Shown: one piece after another, positions 9,294 to 17,735 of the stretch
Position numbering within the stretch: the stretch's first letter is position 1
Layout: every line of letters begins with the position of its first letter
Source of the DNA: Actinomycetota bacterium
GTDB taxonomy: Bacteria; Actinomycetota; UBA4738; CALAEC01
DNA: 40,627 nucleotides
Assembly: GCA_036374395.1 (NCBI GenBank)
Contig: DASUTW010000060.1
Span: 1 to 40,627 of the forward strand
Direction: 5' to 3'
Translations under genes and position numbers: made by a program
The notes under the pieces: generated by a model
What the model saw: only the letters and a program-made list of their open reading frames with translations
Database searches by the model: none
Told to the model about the DNA's origin: nothing

Positions 9294-10535
9294 ATGCACG
9301 CGATCGAGATCGAGGGGCTGAGCAAGCGGTACTTGCTCGGCGAGGACCGTCCGGGGGGGACCCTGGTCGAGGCGATGAGCCGGTCGGCCCGGCGTCTGCT
9401 GCGGATGCGGTCCCGTCCCAGGCGGGACGAGGTGTGGGCCCTCCGGGACGTCACCCTGGCGGTGCCAGAGGGGGAGGCCCTCGGGGTGATCGGCCGCAAC
9501 GGGGCGGGGAAGAGCACCCTGCTCAAGATCCTGAGCCGCATCACCGAGCCGACCGCCGGCGTGGCTCGGACCAGGGGGAGGGTGACGTCCCTCCTCGAGG
9601 TGGGGACCGGGTTCCACCCCGAGCTCACCGGGCGGGAGAACGTGTTCCTCAACGGGGCCATCCTCGGGATGCGGCGGCGCGAGATCGAGCGGCGGTTCGA
9701 CGAGATCGTGGCCTTCGCCGGGGTGGAGCGGTTCATCGACACGCCGGTGAAGCGGTACTCCTCGGGGATGTATCTCCGCTTGGCCTTCTCCGTGGCCGCC
9801 CACTTGGAGCCGGACATCATGGTGGTGGACGAGGTCCTGGCGGTCGGGGACGCGGCCTTCCAGGCGAAGTGCCTGGGGCGGATGGAGACGGCCGAGCGCG
9901 AGGGGCGAACGGTGGTGTTCGTGAGCCACAACCTGGAGGCCATCGCCAAGCTGTGCCCCCGGACGATCTGGCTGGACGGCGGAGAGATCCGGGAGGAGGG
10001 GGACTCCCCGGCCGTGATCGACGCGTACCTCTCCGAGGAGGTCACGCGGGCCTCGGAGGAGACCGTGGCCGGGGACCCCGGGGCCGCCGTGGTCCTCCGC
10101 TCCGTGCGGGTCCTGGGAGAGGCCGGTGAGCCGCTCGAGACGCTCCTGCGCGACGAGCCGTTCCACATCGAGCTGCGGTTCTCCGTCCGGACCCAGGTGC
10201 CGGGCCTCGACGTCGCCGTCTGGGTGGCGAACGCGTTCGGGACGGAGGTGTTCCGCGAGGGATGGTTCGATCACTCGCCGGACCGTCCGAGCGAGCCGGG
10301 CGAATATGTGGCCACCCTTCGGGTCCCGCCCGTCCTCAACGTCGGGGAGTACACCGTCGGGGTGTGGATCGGCTCGCCGTACGAGACGCTGGTGGACGCG
10401 GTTGTGGCCCGGTTCCACCTCCAGGGTGACGTGAAGAACCGCCCGTCCCGGTCGGTGGTCCTGCACCTGCCGTGGGAGGTGCGGAGGATCAGCGGCGCCG
10501 ACGACCCGACCCCTGCCCCCCACCCCAGACGATGA
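9294..10535 (+). CDS. wzt: Polysaccharide export ABC transporter ATP-binding protein with a C-terminal extension (Wzt/TagH-like)
   Basis: Walker A is 'GRNGAGKST', the signature is 'YSSGMYLRLAF' and Walker B is 'IMVVDEVLAVGD'. Beyond the NBD lies a further beta-rich domain of about 160 aa (roughly 10041-10532), consistent with a Wzt_C-type glycan-terminus-binding module. It starts 1 nt after the wzm stop. Confidence 0.9.
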   Translation: MHAIEIEGLSKRYLLGEDRPGGTLVEAMSRSARRLLRMRSRPRRDEVWALRDVTLAVPEGEALGVIGRNGAGKSTLLKILSRITEPTAGVARTRGRVTSLLEVGTGFHPELTGRENVFLNGAILGMRRREIERRFDEIVAFAGVERFIDTPVKRYSSGMYLRLAFSVAAHLEPDIMVVDEVLAVGDAAFQAKCLGRMETAEREGRTVVFVSHNLEAIAKLCPRTIWLDGGEIREEGDSPAVIDAYLSEEVTRASEETVAGDPGAAVVLRSVRVLGEAGEPLETLLRDEPFHIELRFSVRTQVPGLDVAVWVANAFGTEVFREGWFDHSPDRPSEPGEYVATLRVPPVLNVGEYTVGVWIGSPYETLVDAVVARFHLQGDVKNRPSRSVVLHLPWEVRRISGADDPTPAPHPRR

Positions 10536-11728
10536 AGGTCCTGCTGTCGGCGCTAGCCTGCGAGCCGGGGAAGGGATCCGAGCCCGAGGTGGGGTTCCGG
10601 GCGATGCTCGCGGCGGCCAGGGAGCACGAGGTCTGGGTCCTGACGGCGTCGCAGTCGATCCCGGCGCTCGAGCGGGCCCTCCGGTCGGATCCGCGCGCAG
10701 AGCGGATCCATCTCGAGGGGATCCCGTTCGGCGTCGACGCCGAGACGATCGTCCACTTGAACGCCGTCGGCTACCACCGTCGGTACGAGGAGTGGCAGCG
10801 GCTGGCAGCCGACCGATCTCTCGAGCTCGAAGCGAGGGTGGGATTCGACGTGGTTCACCACGTCACCCTGGCCAGCTACTGGACAAGAGCCGGCGTCGCC
10901 GCGGTGCGGAAGCCGCTGGTGTGGGGGCCCATCGGGGGCGGCGTGGATCCCCCCCTTCGGCTTGTGCCGGAACTCGGGCTTCGGGGGATGGTGGAGGCCG
11001 CCGCCCGAGTCGTGGGGAGACCTCTGATCGCCCGACTTCCGCCTATCCGGAGGACCCAGCGGGTTGCCTCGCTGATCCTGGCCCAGAACCCCGGGACAGG
11101 ACGGAGACTCCGAAGCAGGGGGACGGTGAAGCTGTTGTCGAACGCTCTCGCCGTCGAGCTGGACGGCGTCCCGATCCCGAAGAAGCGAACCACGGACCTC
11201 TTGTTCGTGGGCCGCCTCCTTCCCTGGAAGGCGCCCATCTTGGCTCTTCGTGCCCTCCGGCACCTCCGGCATCCCCGTGCTGTGCTGCGGTTCCTTGGAG
11301 ACGGTCCAGAGCAGTCGCGCCTGGAGCAGACGGCCAGGAAGTGGGGGCTGTCGGAGCGCGTCCAGTTTGAGGGCTGGCTTCCCCGCGACGACGTCCTCAG
11401 CGCCATGGCTTCGGCAGGAGCCCTCCTCCATCCGGCGGTGCACGAGGAAGCTGGGCTCTGCATCGCAGAGGCTCTCACCCTCGGTACCCCGGTCGTCTGC
11501 CTGGACCACGGCGGACCCGCCGAGATCGTCGGGCAGTGGCGCGGAAGACCTTCGGCCCTGGTAACCGCGAGGGGAGCCGAGGCCACCGCCCGGAGCATCG
11601 CTGCCGCCGTCGATCGCTTCCTCCTGCATCCGCCTGAGCCGGCGAGCGGCCCCGTGACGGCCGGTACGTCGTTCCAGGACGAGCTCCTGTGGAGCTATGA
11701 ACGAGTGACCGCCGCGTCCCCGGGGTAG
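10532..11728 (+). CDS. Glycosyltransferase family 4, 'CEPGKGSEP' N-terminal subtype
   Basis: ATG 10532 overlaps the wzt stop (ATGA). The N-terminus is 'MKVLLSALACEPGKGSEPEVGF', and a GT-B C-terminal motif 'HEEAGLCIAEALTLGTPVVC' is present. It is a paralog of 30855-32105. Confidence 0.85.
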   Translation: MKVLLSALACEPGKGSEPEVGFRAMLAAAREHEVWVLTASQSIPALERALRSDPRAERIHLEGIPFGVDAETIVHLNAVGYHRRYEEWQRLAADRSLELEARVGFDVVHHVTLASYWTRAGVAAVRKPLVWGPIGGGVDPPLRLVPELGLRGMVEAAARVVGRPLIARLPPIRRTQRVASLILAQNPGTGRRLRSRGTVKLLSNALAVELDGVPIPKKRTTDLLFVGRLLPWKAPILALRALRHLRHPRAVLRFLGDGPEQSRLEQTARKWGLSERVQFEGWLPRDDVLSAMASAGALLHPAVHEEAGLCIAEALTLGTPVVCLDHGGPAEIVGQWRGRPSALVTARGAEATARSIAAAVDRFLLHPPEPASGPVTAGTSFQDELLWSYERVTAASPG

Positions 11729-11779
11729 GGCACCCGAGACCGCTAAAGGCACCGAGTCGGAGCCCCGAGTGAAGGGAGT

Positions 11780-13444
11780 ATGTCTGTGGGACAATCCGCT
11801 CATGAACCGACTCGGTCCCGGCACCCTGACGGCATGAGCGGGGACACCGCCCCCCTGGAGCTTCGGGACTACCTCGCCCTCCTGTGGCGCCGCAAGTGGA
11901 TCATCGCCGCCATGACCATCGTCGCGGTGGGAGCCGCCCTCTTCTACTCATACCGCCAGATACCCGTGTATACGTCGTCGGCCGAGGTGGTGGTCCGTCC
12001 CATCCAACTGGAGCCGGCTCAGTCCGCCCGAGGCACAACGGGGTTCGTGAACATGGAGACGGAGACCCGGGTCGCGAATTCCGGGCCCGTCGCCGAACGC
12101 GCCCTTGATGAGTTGGAGGATTCCGGTATCGAGCCGGGGGACGTCTCAGCCAGCCAGATCGAGGAGTCGGAGACGCTCCTGTTCACCGCCACCGGCCTCT
12201 CGCCGGAAAGCGCCCAGGCCTCGGCGCAGAACTGGGCCGAGGCATACCTGGGGCTCCGGAAGGAGCAGGCTCTCGCCGACCTTGAAGAGGTCCGCCGACC
12301 GCTCGAGGATCAGATCACCGTCCTCGGGCAACAAGCGGCGGTCCAGCGACGCATCATCCAGGAGAACCAGGAGTCCAACATCGCCGTCGCCACCACCGCG
12401 CAGCAGCGGTACGCGGCGATCCTGGCGGAGGTGTCCCTACTGCGACAGGACCTGAACCGGTACATCTCCGCCGGGAGCCTACACGTGGGAGAGGTCCTCC
12501 GTGCGGCGCCGACCCCCACCGCTCCCGCCAATCGGAACCACGTGACGACCGGGGGCCTCGCCTTGCTGGTGGGGATGTCTCTCGGCGTGGGGGTGGCCTA
12601 CCTGCGGGACCGGCTAGACCCGCGGGTACGGGGGACGCGAGAGCTGGAGGTTCACAGCGGAGGCTCGGTCCTCGCGTTGATCCCCTCCGGCAAGCCACTG
12701 AAGGACAACTTGCCCATCACCATGGCCGAGCCGGCCTCCGAGCTGGCCGACGCCTACATCGCCCTTGGCTTCCGCCTCCTCCGCATGGCGGGGGACCGGG
12801 AGATCAGGACACTGGTGGTGACGAGCTCCCTCCCCCAGGAGGGGAAGTCCTCCACCGTGGCCAACCTGGGCGTGGCCATGGCCCGATCCGGGAAGCGCAT
12901 CATCTTGGTCTCCGCCGACCTCCGAAAGCCCGGCCTCCTGACCTACTTCCCCCAATGGAACGGACGAGGCCTCGTGGACATGGTGCGGGATGGGACCGGC
13001 ATGAGCGAGGCGCTCTCCACCACATCGGTCGACAACCTGTGGGTGCTGCACGGGGGGTCCTCTCTGCGAGGATCCAGCCCGCTGGAGATCGTCTCGTCGG
13101 ACGAGATGCGGCGCCTGCTGATCGAGCTCGGCAGCTGGGCAGACCTCGTCCTGATCGACACCCCCCCACTCCTCGGCGCGTTCGATGCGTCCGCACTGGC
13201 CGCCTTCGCCGACGGCGTCCTGTTCGTGGCCGACGGGAAGCGCGCCAGCGGCACCACGGTCGAACAGGCCCGGCGCGAGCTGGAGCTGAGCGGGGCGAAC
13301 GTCGTTGGGGTCGCCGTGAACCGATACGACCCTCGCGACTACGCGGGCTACGCCTACAGGGCCCCGTACTACCGCCCCGAGAACGGCAGGGTCCTGCCGC
13401 CCCCCGAGCTTGAGCAGCCCCAGGTCTCGCGGGAAGAGCGCTAG
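11780..13444 (+). CDS. Fused polysaccharide co-polymerase (Wzz domain) / BY-type tyrosine autokinase
   Basis: The N-terminus 'LRDYLALLWRRKWIIAAMTIV' (Wzz) is followed by a coiled-coil region and a second TM. The kinase part has Walker A 'PQEGKSST', A' 'LVSADLRKP' and B 'LVLIDTPP'. The C-terminal Tyr cluster is 'RYDPRDYAGYAYRAPYYR' (13325-13372). The start may be ATG 11780, GTG 11786 (better spacing to 'AAGGGAG') or ATG 11834. Confidence 0.88.
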   Translation: MSVGQSAHEPTRSRHPDGMSGDTAPLELRDYLALLWRRKWIIAAMTIVAVGAALFYSYRQIPVYTSSAEVVVRPIQLEPAQSARGTTGFVNMETETRVANSGPVAERALDELEDSGIEPGDVSASQIEESETLLFTATGLSPESAQASAQNWAEAYLGLRKEQALADLEEVRRPLEDQITVLGQQAAVQRRIIQENQESNIAVATTAQQRYAAILAEVSLLRQDLNRYISAGSLHVGEVLRAAPTPTAPANRNHVTTGGLALLVGMSLGVGVAYLRDRLDPRVRGTRELEVHSGGSVLALIPSGKPLKDNLPITMAEPASELADAYIALGFRLLRMAGDREIRTLVVTSSLPQEGKSSTVANLGVAMARSGKRIILVSADLRKPGLLTYFPQWNGRGLVDMVRDGTGMSEALSTTSVDNLWVLHGGSSLRGSSPLEIVSSDEMRRLLIELGSWADLVLIDTPPLLGAFDASALAAFADGVLFVADGKRASGTTVEQARRELELSGANVVGVAVNRYDPRDYAGYAYRAPYYRPENGRVLPPPELEQPQVSREER

Positions 13445-13481
13445 CAGGTCCCGGTCGCTCTCGGAGCGCCTCACTCACCTC

Positions 13482-13502
13482 CGGCGTCGGGCCCCGGCGC
13501 CG
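13482..13502. terminator. GC-rich hairpin between convergent operons (candidate bidirectional terminator)
   Basis: The sequence cggcgtcgg-gcc-ccggcgccg forms a 9-bp stem (one G-U pair) with a 3-nt loop. It lies in the 58-bp gap between the stops at 13444 (+) and 13503 (-). There is no U-tract. Confidence 0.35.
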
Positions 13503-14414
13503 TCAGCCTGAGCTCGCGGGGGCCCGCGGGACACGATGCCCGCGGTTCCCCAACCCCGCCACCAGGCCCGGCAGGAGGCCGGTCACCTCCCCGACCCCCA
13601 TGGCGAACAGCTCTCGGTTGCCGGTCGCCACGCCACGGAGGAGGAGCCACGGAGCCCGGACCAGGTCGCGGAGGACCCGCCGGGCGATGAACAGGTCCCC
13701 CCGGCGAAGGTGCTTCCCATAGAAGCTCCCCTGCCCGCGCGCGTAGCGACGGTACAGGGCCGTGCGCTGCGAGGGATCCTGCCAGGCGAGGTGACCCACC
13801 ACGATCCCGGGCTCGTAGATGATCGGCACCCCCGCCCGGAGGGCCCGGTAAGCCCAGTCGTTGTCCTCCCCCGCCACGTTCAGGGAGGGATGCTCGTCCA
13901 GGTACCCGATCCGCTCCAGGAGCCGGATCGGGAACCCCATGTTGGCTGGGAACAGGACGTCGCCGTCGATCAGCGGCTCCTTGTACACGGCCGGCTCCGC
14001 CCGGGTGATCACCGTTAGCACGAGCCCCTCCCCCTCCGGCTCCACGCGCCCGGTCACAATGGCGTCCCCCACGTTACGAACCCGGGCGGCGAGCTGCCCG
14101 ATCCAGTCCTCCCGCGCCCGGCAGTCGTCGTGGGTGATGGCCGTGTACGGCGTGCGAACCCGCTCCAGCCCCCGATTCGTGGCGGCGGCGATCCCATGCT
14201 GGTTGGAGCGCAGATGGACCACCTCCAGACCGTCGGCCGTGAGGGCGTCCACCCACCTCTCGACCTCCGGGTTCTGGGACTGGTCCACCACGATGAGCTC
14301 CGCCGGCCAGGTCGCACCAGACCGGATCGACTCGAGGCAGCCGCGGAGGAGGTCGCGCCCCAGGGTGGGGATCACCACCGAAACATCCTCCGCCACGGCC
14401 CGCCCCGCGCTCAC
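13503..14414 (-). CDS. Glycosyltransferase family 2
   Basis: Motifs are 'VSVVIPTLGRDLL', 'LIVVDQS' and 'ITHDDC'. GTG at 14414 overlaps the upstream gene's TGA (GTGA). The 14415-14603 part of the listed ORF overlaps the upstream CDS. Confidence 0.85.
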   Translation of the reverse strand: MSAGRAVAEDVSVVIPTLGRDLLRGCLESIRSGATWPAELIVVDQSQNPEVERWVDALTADGLEVVHLRSNQHGIAAATNRGLERVRTPYTAITHDDCRAREDWIGQLAARVRNVGDAIVTGRVEPEGEGLVLTVITRAEPAVYKEPLIDGDVLFPANMGFPIRLLERIGYLDEHPSLNVAGEDNDWAYRALRAGVPIIYEPGIVVGHLAWQDPSQRTALYRRYARGQGSFYGKHLRRGDLFIARRVLRDLVRAPWLLLRGVATGNRELFAMGVGEVTGLLPGLVAGLGNRGHRVPRAPASSG

Positions 14415-15856
14415 GTGGCCTCCTCCAGCAGCTCCGGGAACGACACGACCAAGTCCACCTCGTCGGGCCCCGGGCACGGCCGGTCCCACAGCTCCCCGGC
14501 CAAGAGGAACGTGGCCCGACGTCCCGTGTGGTACTCCAGGGCATCGCGGGCCGCCCACTCGTAGATCAGGTCGTGGACGGCGTACGCGCCGCGAGGCGCC
14601 CACTCGACCACGCTACGGCGGACCCCGCAGACGGCCACCACGTCCCCGTCCTCGGTCTCGGCGGCGATCCTCGCCGAGGAGGCCTCGACGACGTCTGCGG
14701 AGCGCAGACGCACGCTCACGCTCAGGGCCAGGGAGAGCACCGCCCCGGCCGCCAGGACCCCGGCCACCGCCCCCACGGCGGCGCGTCGACGGAAGCCAAC
14801 GCGGGCCCCAATCACCGCGACGAGGGCCGACAGCACCAGCCACGTCGGGGTGAACAGCCTCGGCGACCCCTGGCGGGGGACCAGGAGCACCACCGGCACG
14901 TTGACCAGCACGATCAGCCCCGCACCGGCCAGGATCGCCCGCCGGATGAACCCACCGTTCCAGACCGTCGCGGTCCCCGCGAGGATCAGCGGGCCCGCGC
15001 GGGCGCCGAGGAGCCCCCCGACGGCCAGGACGGCCAGGCTCACCGGGAAGGCCCAGGCCACCGCCAGCGGTACGGAGTGGAGCCCCAACCCCACCGCGGG
15101 GAACTCCAGGTAGAAGGAAGGATCGCGGAACAGGCTGGCCACCCGCTCCCCCAGCGACACACCGAGCCGCGGATCCTCCCCGGGCCACAGGACGAAGGCG
15201 GCGAGGACCATCACGACCGGCACGGCGGTGGAGACCAGCGCCGCCCGACGCCGATCCCGCGCGGCCACGAGCCAGGCAGCCAGCGGGAGGGCCAGGAGGG
15301 ACTGCTCCACCGAGAGACCGGCGCCGAGTACCGCGAGGGCCGCCCACCCGTGCCGGCCGGCGCGGTGGAGCCGAAGGGCCCAGAGCGCCAGCGCCAGTCC
15401 CAGGGGGATGTGCAGGGCGGCAGGCCACAGCGCGGCCTCGGTCCCCAATGGCTGGAGCAGCCACACGGCCGCGCCGACTTCCGGCCAGGGGGCAGGCGTC
15501 CCCAGGTCCCGGAGGAGGCCCCGCAGCAGCAGAGCCACGGCGAGGGTGAGCGCCAGAGGGACGGCGATGGCCACCCCGAACGGGATCGTCTGGCACACGC
15601 CGGTGGTGACGAGGATCTCCAGGAAGTGGGCGGGACGCATCGCCCCCAGCCGCTCCACCGAGTCGCCGAGCGCGGAGGCCAGCCCCACCCGCTGCGGCTC
15701 CATGCACTTGGAGAAGTCGTCGGCCAGCGGCGCCCCCCGGAGCACCACGGGGATCGACACGGCCACGAAGACGACGGCCACCAGCAGCAGCCCCAGCCGG
15801 GCTCCACGGCCCTCCGGCGCGGCCTCCGGCACCCCTTCCTGGCGGCGCACCTTCAC
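14411..15856 (-). CDS. Polytopic membrane protein, GT-C-like, homolog of 5501-7084
   Basis: GTG 15856 overlaps the TGA of the upstream GT2 (GTGA). TM1 'LGLLLVAVVFVAVSIPVVL' is followed by 'APLADDF' and 'AMRP', which align with 'FYSDDW' and 'AMRP' in the 5501-7084 gene. About 11 TM segments precede a soluble C-terminus. Confidence 0.8.
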   Translation of the reverse strand: MKVRRQEGVPEAAPEGRGARLGLLLVAVVFVAVSIPVVLRGAPLADDFSKCMEPQRVGLASALGDSVERLGAMRPAHFLEILVTTGVCQTIPFGVAIAVPLALTLAVALLLRGLLRDLGTPAPWPEVGAAVWLLQPLGTEAALWPAALHIPLGLALALWALRLHRAGRHGWAALAVLGAGLSVEQSLLALPLAAWLVAARDRRRAALVSTAVPVVMVLAAFVLWPGEDPRLGVSLGERVASLFRDPSFYLEFPAVGLGLHSVPLAVAWAFPVSLAVLAVGGLLGARAGPLILAGTATVWNGGFIRRAILAGAGLIVLVNVPVVLLVPRQGSPRLFTPTWLVLSALVAVIGARVGFRRRAAVGAVAGVLAAGAVLSLALSVSVRLRSADVVEASSARIAAETEDGDVVAVCGVRRSVVEWAPRGAYAVHDLIYEWAARDALEYHTGRRATFLLAGELWDRPCPGPDEVDLVVSFPELLEEAT

Positions 15857-16794
15857 GGCCCGCTGCCTCTGCCACTCGCCAGCGGACGGACCCACTCCTC
15901 CGCCCCCGCCGTCCACGACGGGGAGCCCCCCCTCGCCCGGGCCCGCCGCTCCGCGACGCCAGGCCACGCCAGGGCCACGACGGCCCGGACGATCGAGCCC
16001 GGGTCCCCCCGGAGGGCGGCCGCCCAGAAGTATCGGGCCGCCCGGGCGCGTCGCCGATCCCGAAGCGCCTCCCACGCGGCCCACCGGTAGTGGCGCACCA
16101 GGTCCACCGCGATGCCGTGGCGGCGTGCCACCACGTCGAGCTCCTCCAGCATCCGGGGCATGGCACTCGATCTCCCGCGGCGGACGGACACCGCCACCAG
16201 CGGCTCCGGAACGCAGGCCGGCGGGCCGGCCCGGGCGAGACGGATCCACAGGTCCCAGTCCTCGCTGGTGGTTAGGTCGGGGTCGAATCCCCCCACCCGC
16301 CGGAGCAGATCCGCGGCCACCAGGACGCTCGACGTCCCCCCAGGAACGGCGTCGTGCCGCGCGAGAGCCGCCACCACCTCCTCGGGCGGAGGAGGCGGGG
16401 TCCCGTCGACCACGCGGAGGCGCTCGTCCACGATCACCTCGCCACCGTAGACCCACCGCCTGCCGGTCGCCGCCGCCGCGTCGAGCTGATGGCGGAGCTT
16501 CTCTGGGGCCCACAGGTCGTCGTCGTCGAGGAACGCCACCCAAGCCCCCCGAGCCATCTCGATCCCGCGGTTGCGCGCCGCGCTCACCCCGGCGGGGGCC
16601 TCGTTCCGAACCGCCCGGACCCGCGGGTCCGCGATGCCTCCGAGGAGGTCGTGGGTGCCGTCGGTGGAGGCGTCGTCGACCACGATCGCCTCCAGATCGA
16701 CCGCCCGCTGACCCAGCACGCTCCGCAGCGCCAGCGACAGGGGCCCGGCCCGGTCCCGGGTGGGGATGATCGCGCTGACCTCGGGGCCGGTCAC
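15853..16794 (-). CDS. Glycosyltransferase family 2 (paralog group with 2-760 and 17732-18697)
   Basis: Motifs are 'VSAIIPTRDR', 'IVVDDASTDGT', 'ARNRGIEMARGAWVAFLDDDDLWAPEKL' and 'EDWDLWIRLA'. GTG 16794 overlaps the TGA of the deacetylase gene. Confidence 0.88.
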   Translation of the reverse strand: MTGPEVSAIIPTRDRAGPLSLALRSVLGQRAVDLEAIVVDDASTDGTHDLLGGIADPRVRAVRNEAPAGVSAARNRGIEMARGAWVAFLDDDDLWAPEKLRHQLDAAAATGRRWVYGGEVIVDERLRVVDGTPPPPPEEVVAALARHDAVPGGTSSVLVAADLLRRVGGFDPDLTTSEDWDLWIRLARAGPPACVPEPLVAVSVRRGRSSAMPRMLEELDVVARRHGIAVDLVRHYRWAAWEALRDRRRARAARYFWAAALRGDPGSIVRAVVALAWPGVAERRARARGGSPSWTAGAEEWVRPLASGRGSGP

Positions 16795-17735
16795 CGGATC
16801 CGGTCGGCCCGGCTCAACCTGATGCTCAGACGCACCAGGAGCTCGTCGGGCGGCAGGCGGCCGGGCTCCCACCGCCCCAGCAGGTGGCGATCCTCCCTCG
16901 GATGCATCGGCCGCGGCCGGCCCGTCCATGCAGCCGCGTACCCGGCCTCCCGGACCTTCCTCGCGACCCGCCCGTCTGCCTTCCCGTGCGGGTAGGCGAA
17001 CAGGTCCAGGGGGCGGCCGACCACCTCGGCCAGCTCCCCCCGGCCAGCCCGGACGGCCTCCTCGAGGTCCTGGTCGGGAAGCCGGGGCAGCACCGCGTGG
17101 TCGACGGTGTGGAACCCGATCGTCATCCCCGCGTCGGCGAGGGCAGCGATGTCGCCTGGCTGCAGGTGGCGGACCTCGTCCCGTCCCTCCTCCTCGGCGA
17201 CCCGCCGGAGGCGCTCGTCCGCCTCGCAGGCAAGGATCACCGCCTCCAGGTCGGCGGGCACCTCCAGACGGACGGCCACCTCGGAGACCCCTCGCTCCCG
17301 CACCCACCGCTCCAGGGCTTCGAACCAGTAGGGGCCGGCCCCGTGGAGCGATCGCCCGCTGAGGAAGAACGTGGCCGGCAGTCCGAGCTCGCGGAGGATC
17401 GGCAGGGCAGACACGACGTGCGACGGGTAATCATCGTCGAAGGTCAGCGCGAACCTGGGCGTCCCCCGGTCGGCGCCGGCCAGCAGGTCGGCGAGGGGCA
17501 CCACCCGCCCGACCTCGGCCAGAGCCTCCACCTGCCGGCGGAACAGCTCCGCCGGGATCGAGGGGATCACCTGCGGCCCGGAGATCTCCCCTTCCGTCAG
17601 CCGATGGTAGAGGAGCACCAGGCTACGACCCCGGAGCCCCGCGATCCGGCGGGACAGGGCTCTGACCCCCCGGATCCTCAGCGCGGCCCGGGCCAGCCGG
17701 CGCGCCGCATCGCTGATTGACGTAGGGAGTCTCAT
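16791..17735 (-). CDS. Polysaccharide deacetylase (CE4 / NodB homology domain)
   Basis: Motifs are 'FALTFDDDYPSH', 'ATFFLSG' and 'IGFHTVDHAVL'. ATG 17735 overlaps the upstream TGA (ATGA). Confidence 0.85.
   Translation of the reverse strand: MRLPTSISDAARRLARAALRIRGVRALSRRIAGLRGRSLVLLYHRLTEGEISGPQVIPSIPAELFRRQVEALAEVGRVVPLADLLAGADRGTPRFALTFDDDYPSHVVSALPILRELGLPATFFLSGRSLHGAGPYWFEALERWVRERGVSEVAVRLEVPADLEAVILACEADERLRRVAEEEGRDEVRHLQPGDIAALADAGMTIGFHTVDHAVLPRLPDQDLEEAVRAGRGELAEVVGRPLDLFAYPHGKADGRVARKVREAGYAAAWTGRPRPMHPREDRHLLGRWEPGRLPPDELLVRLSIRLSRADRIR

Noticed and set aside
8453-10523. Long minus-strand ORFs (8453-10168, 571 aa; 9129-10523, 464 aa) opposite wzm/wzt.
   Set aside because: Their translations are R/P/G/E-rich with no motifs. 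The plus strand encodes textbook Wzm and Wzt sequences (Walker A/B, ABC signature).
11729-11769. Three direct copies of GGCACC(C)GAG / AGCCCCGAG upstream of the BY-kinase gene (11729-11738, 11748-11756, 11761-11769). The same 9-mer GGCACCGAG also lies inside the inverted-repeat spacer at 22983-22991.
   Set aside because: The exact 9-mer also occurs inside coding sequence (21787-21795, 28369-28377). Recurrence in a 70% GC genome is therefore plausibly chance, and there is not enough evidence for a regulatory motif.
14613-17307. Overlapping alternative-frame ORFs (14528-16090+, 14613-16166-, 15228-16769+) and the long N-terminal extensions of listed ORFs (14415-14603, 15857-16543, 16795-17307, 17736-17801).
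   Set aside because: The extensions are Arg/Gly/Pro-rich and overlap the 3' ends of well-supported upstream genes. In each case an ATG or GTG that overlaps the upstream stop (ATGA/GTGA) sits just before the first conserved motif or TM helix.
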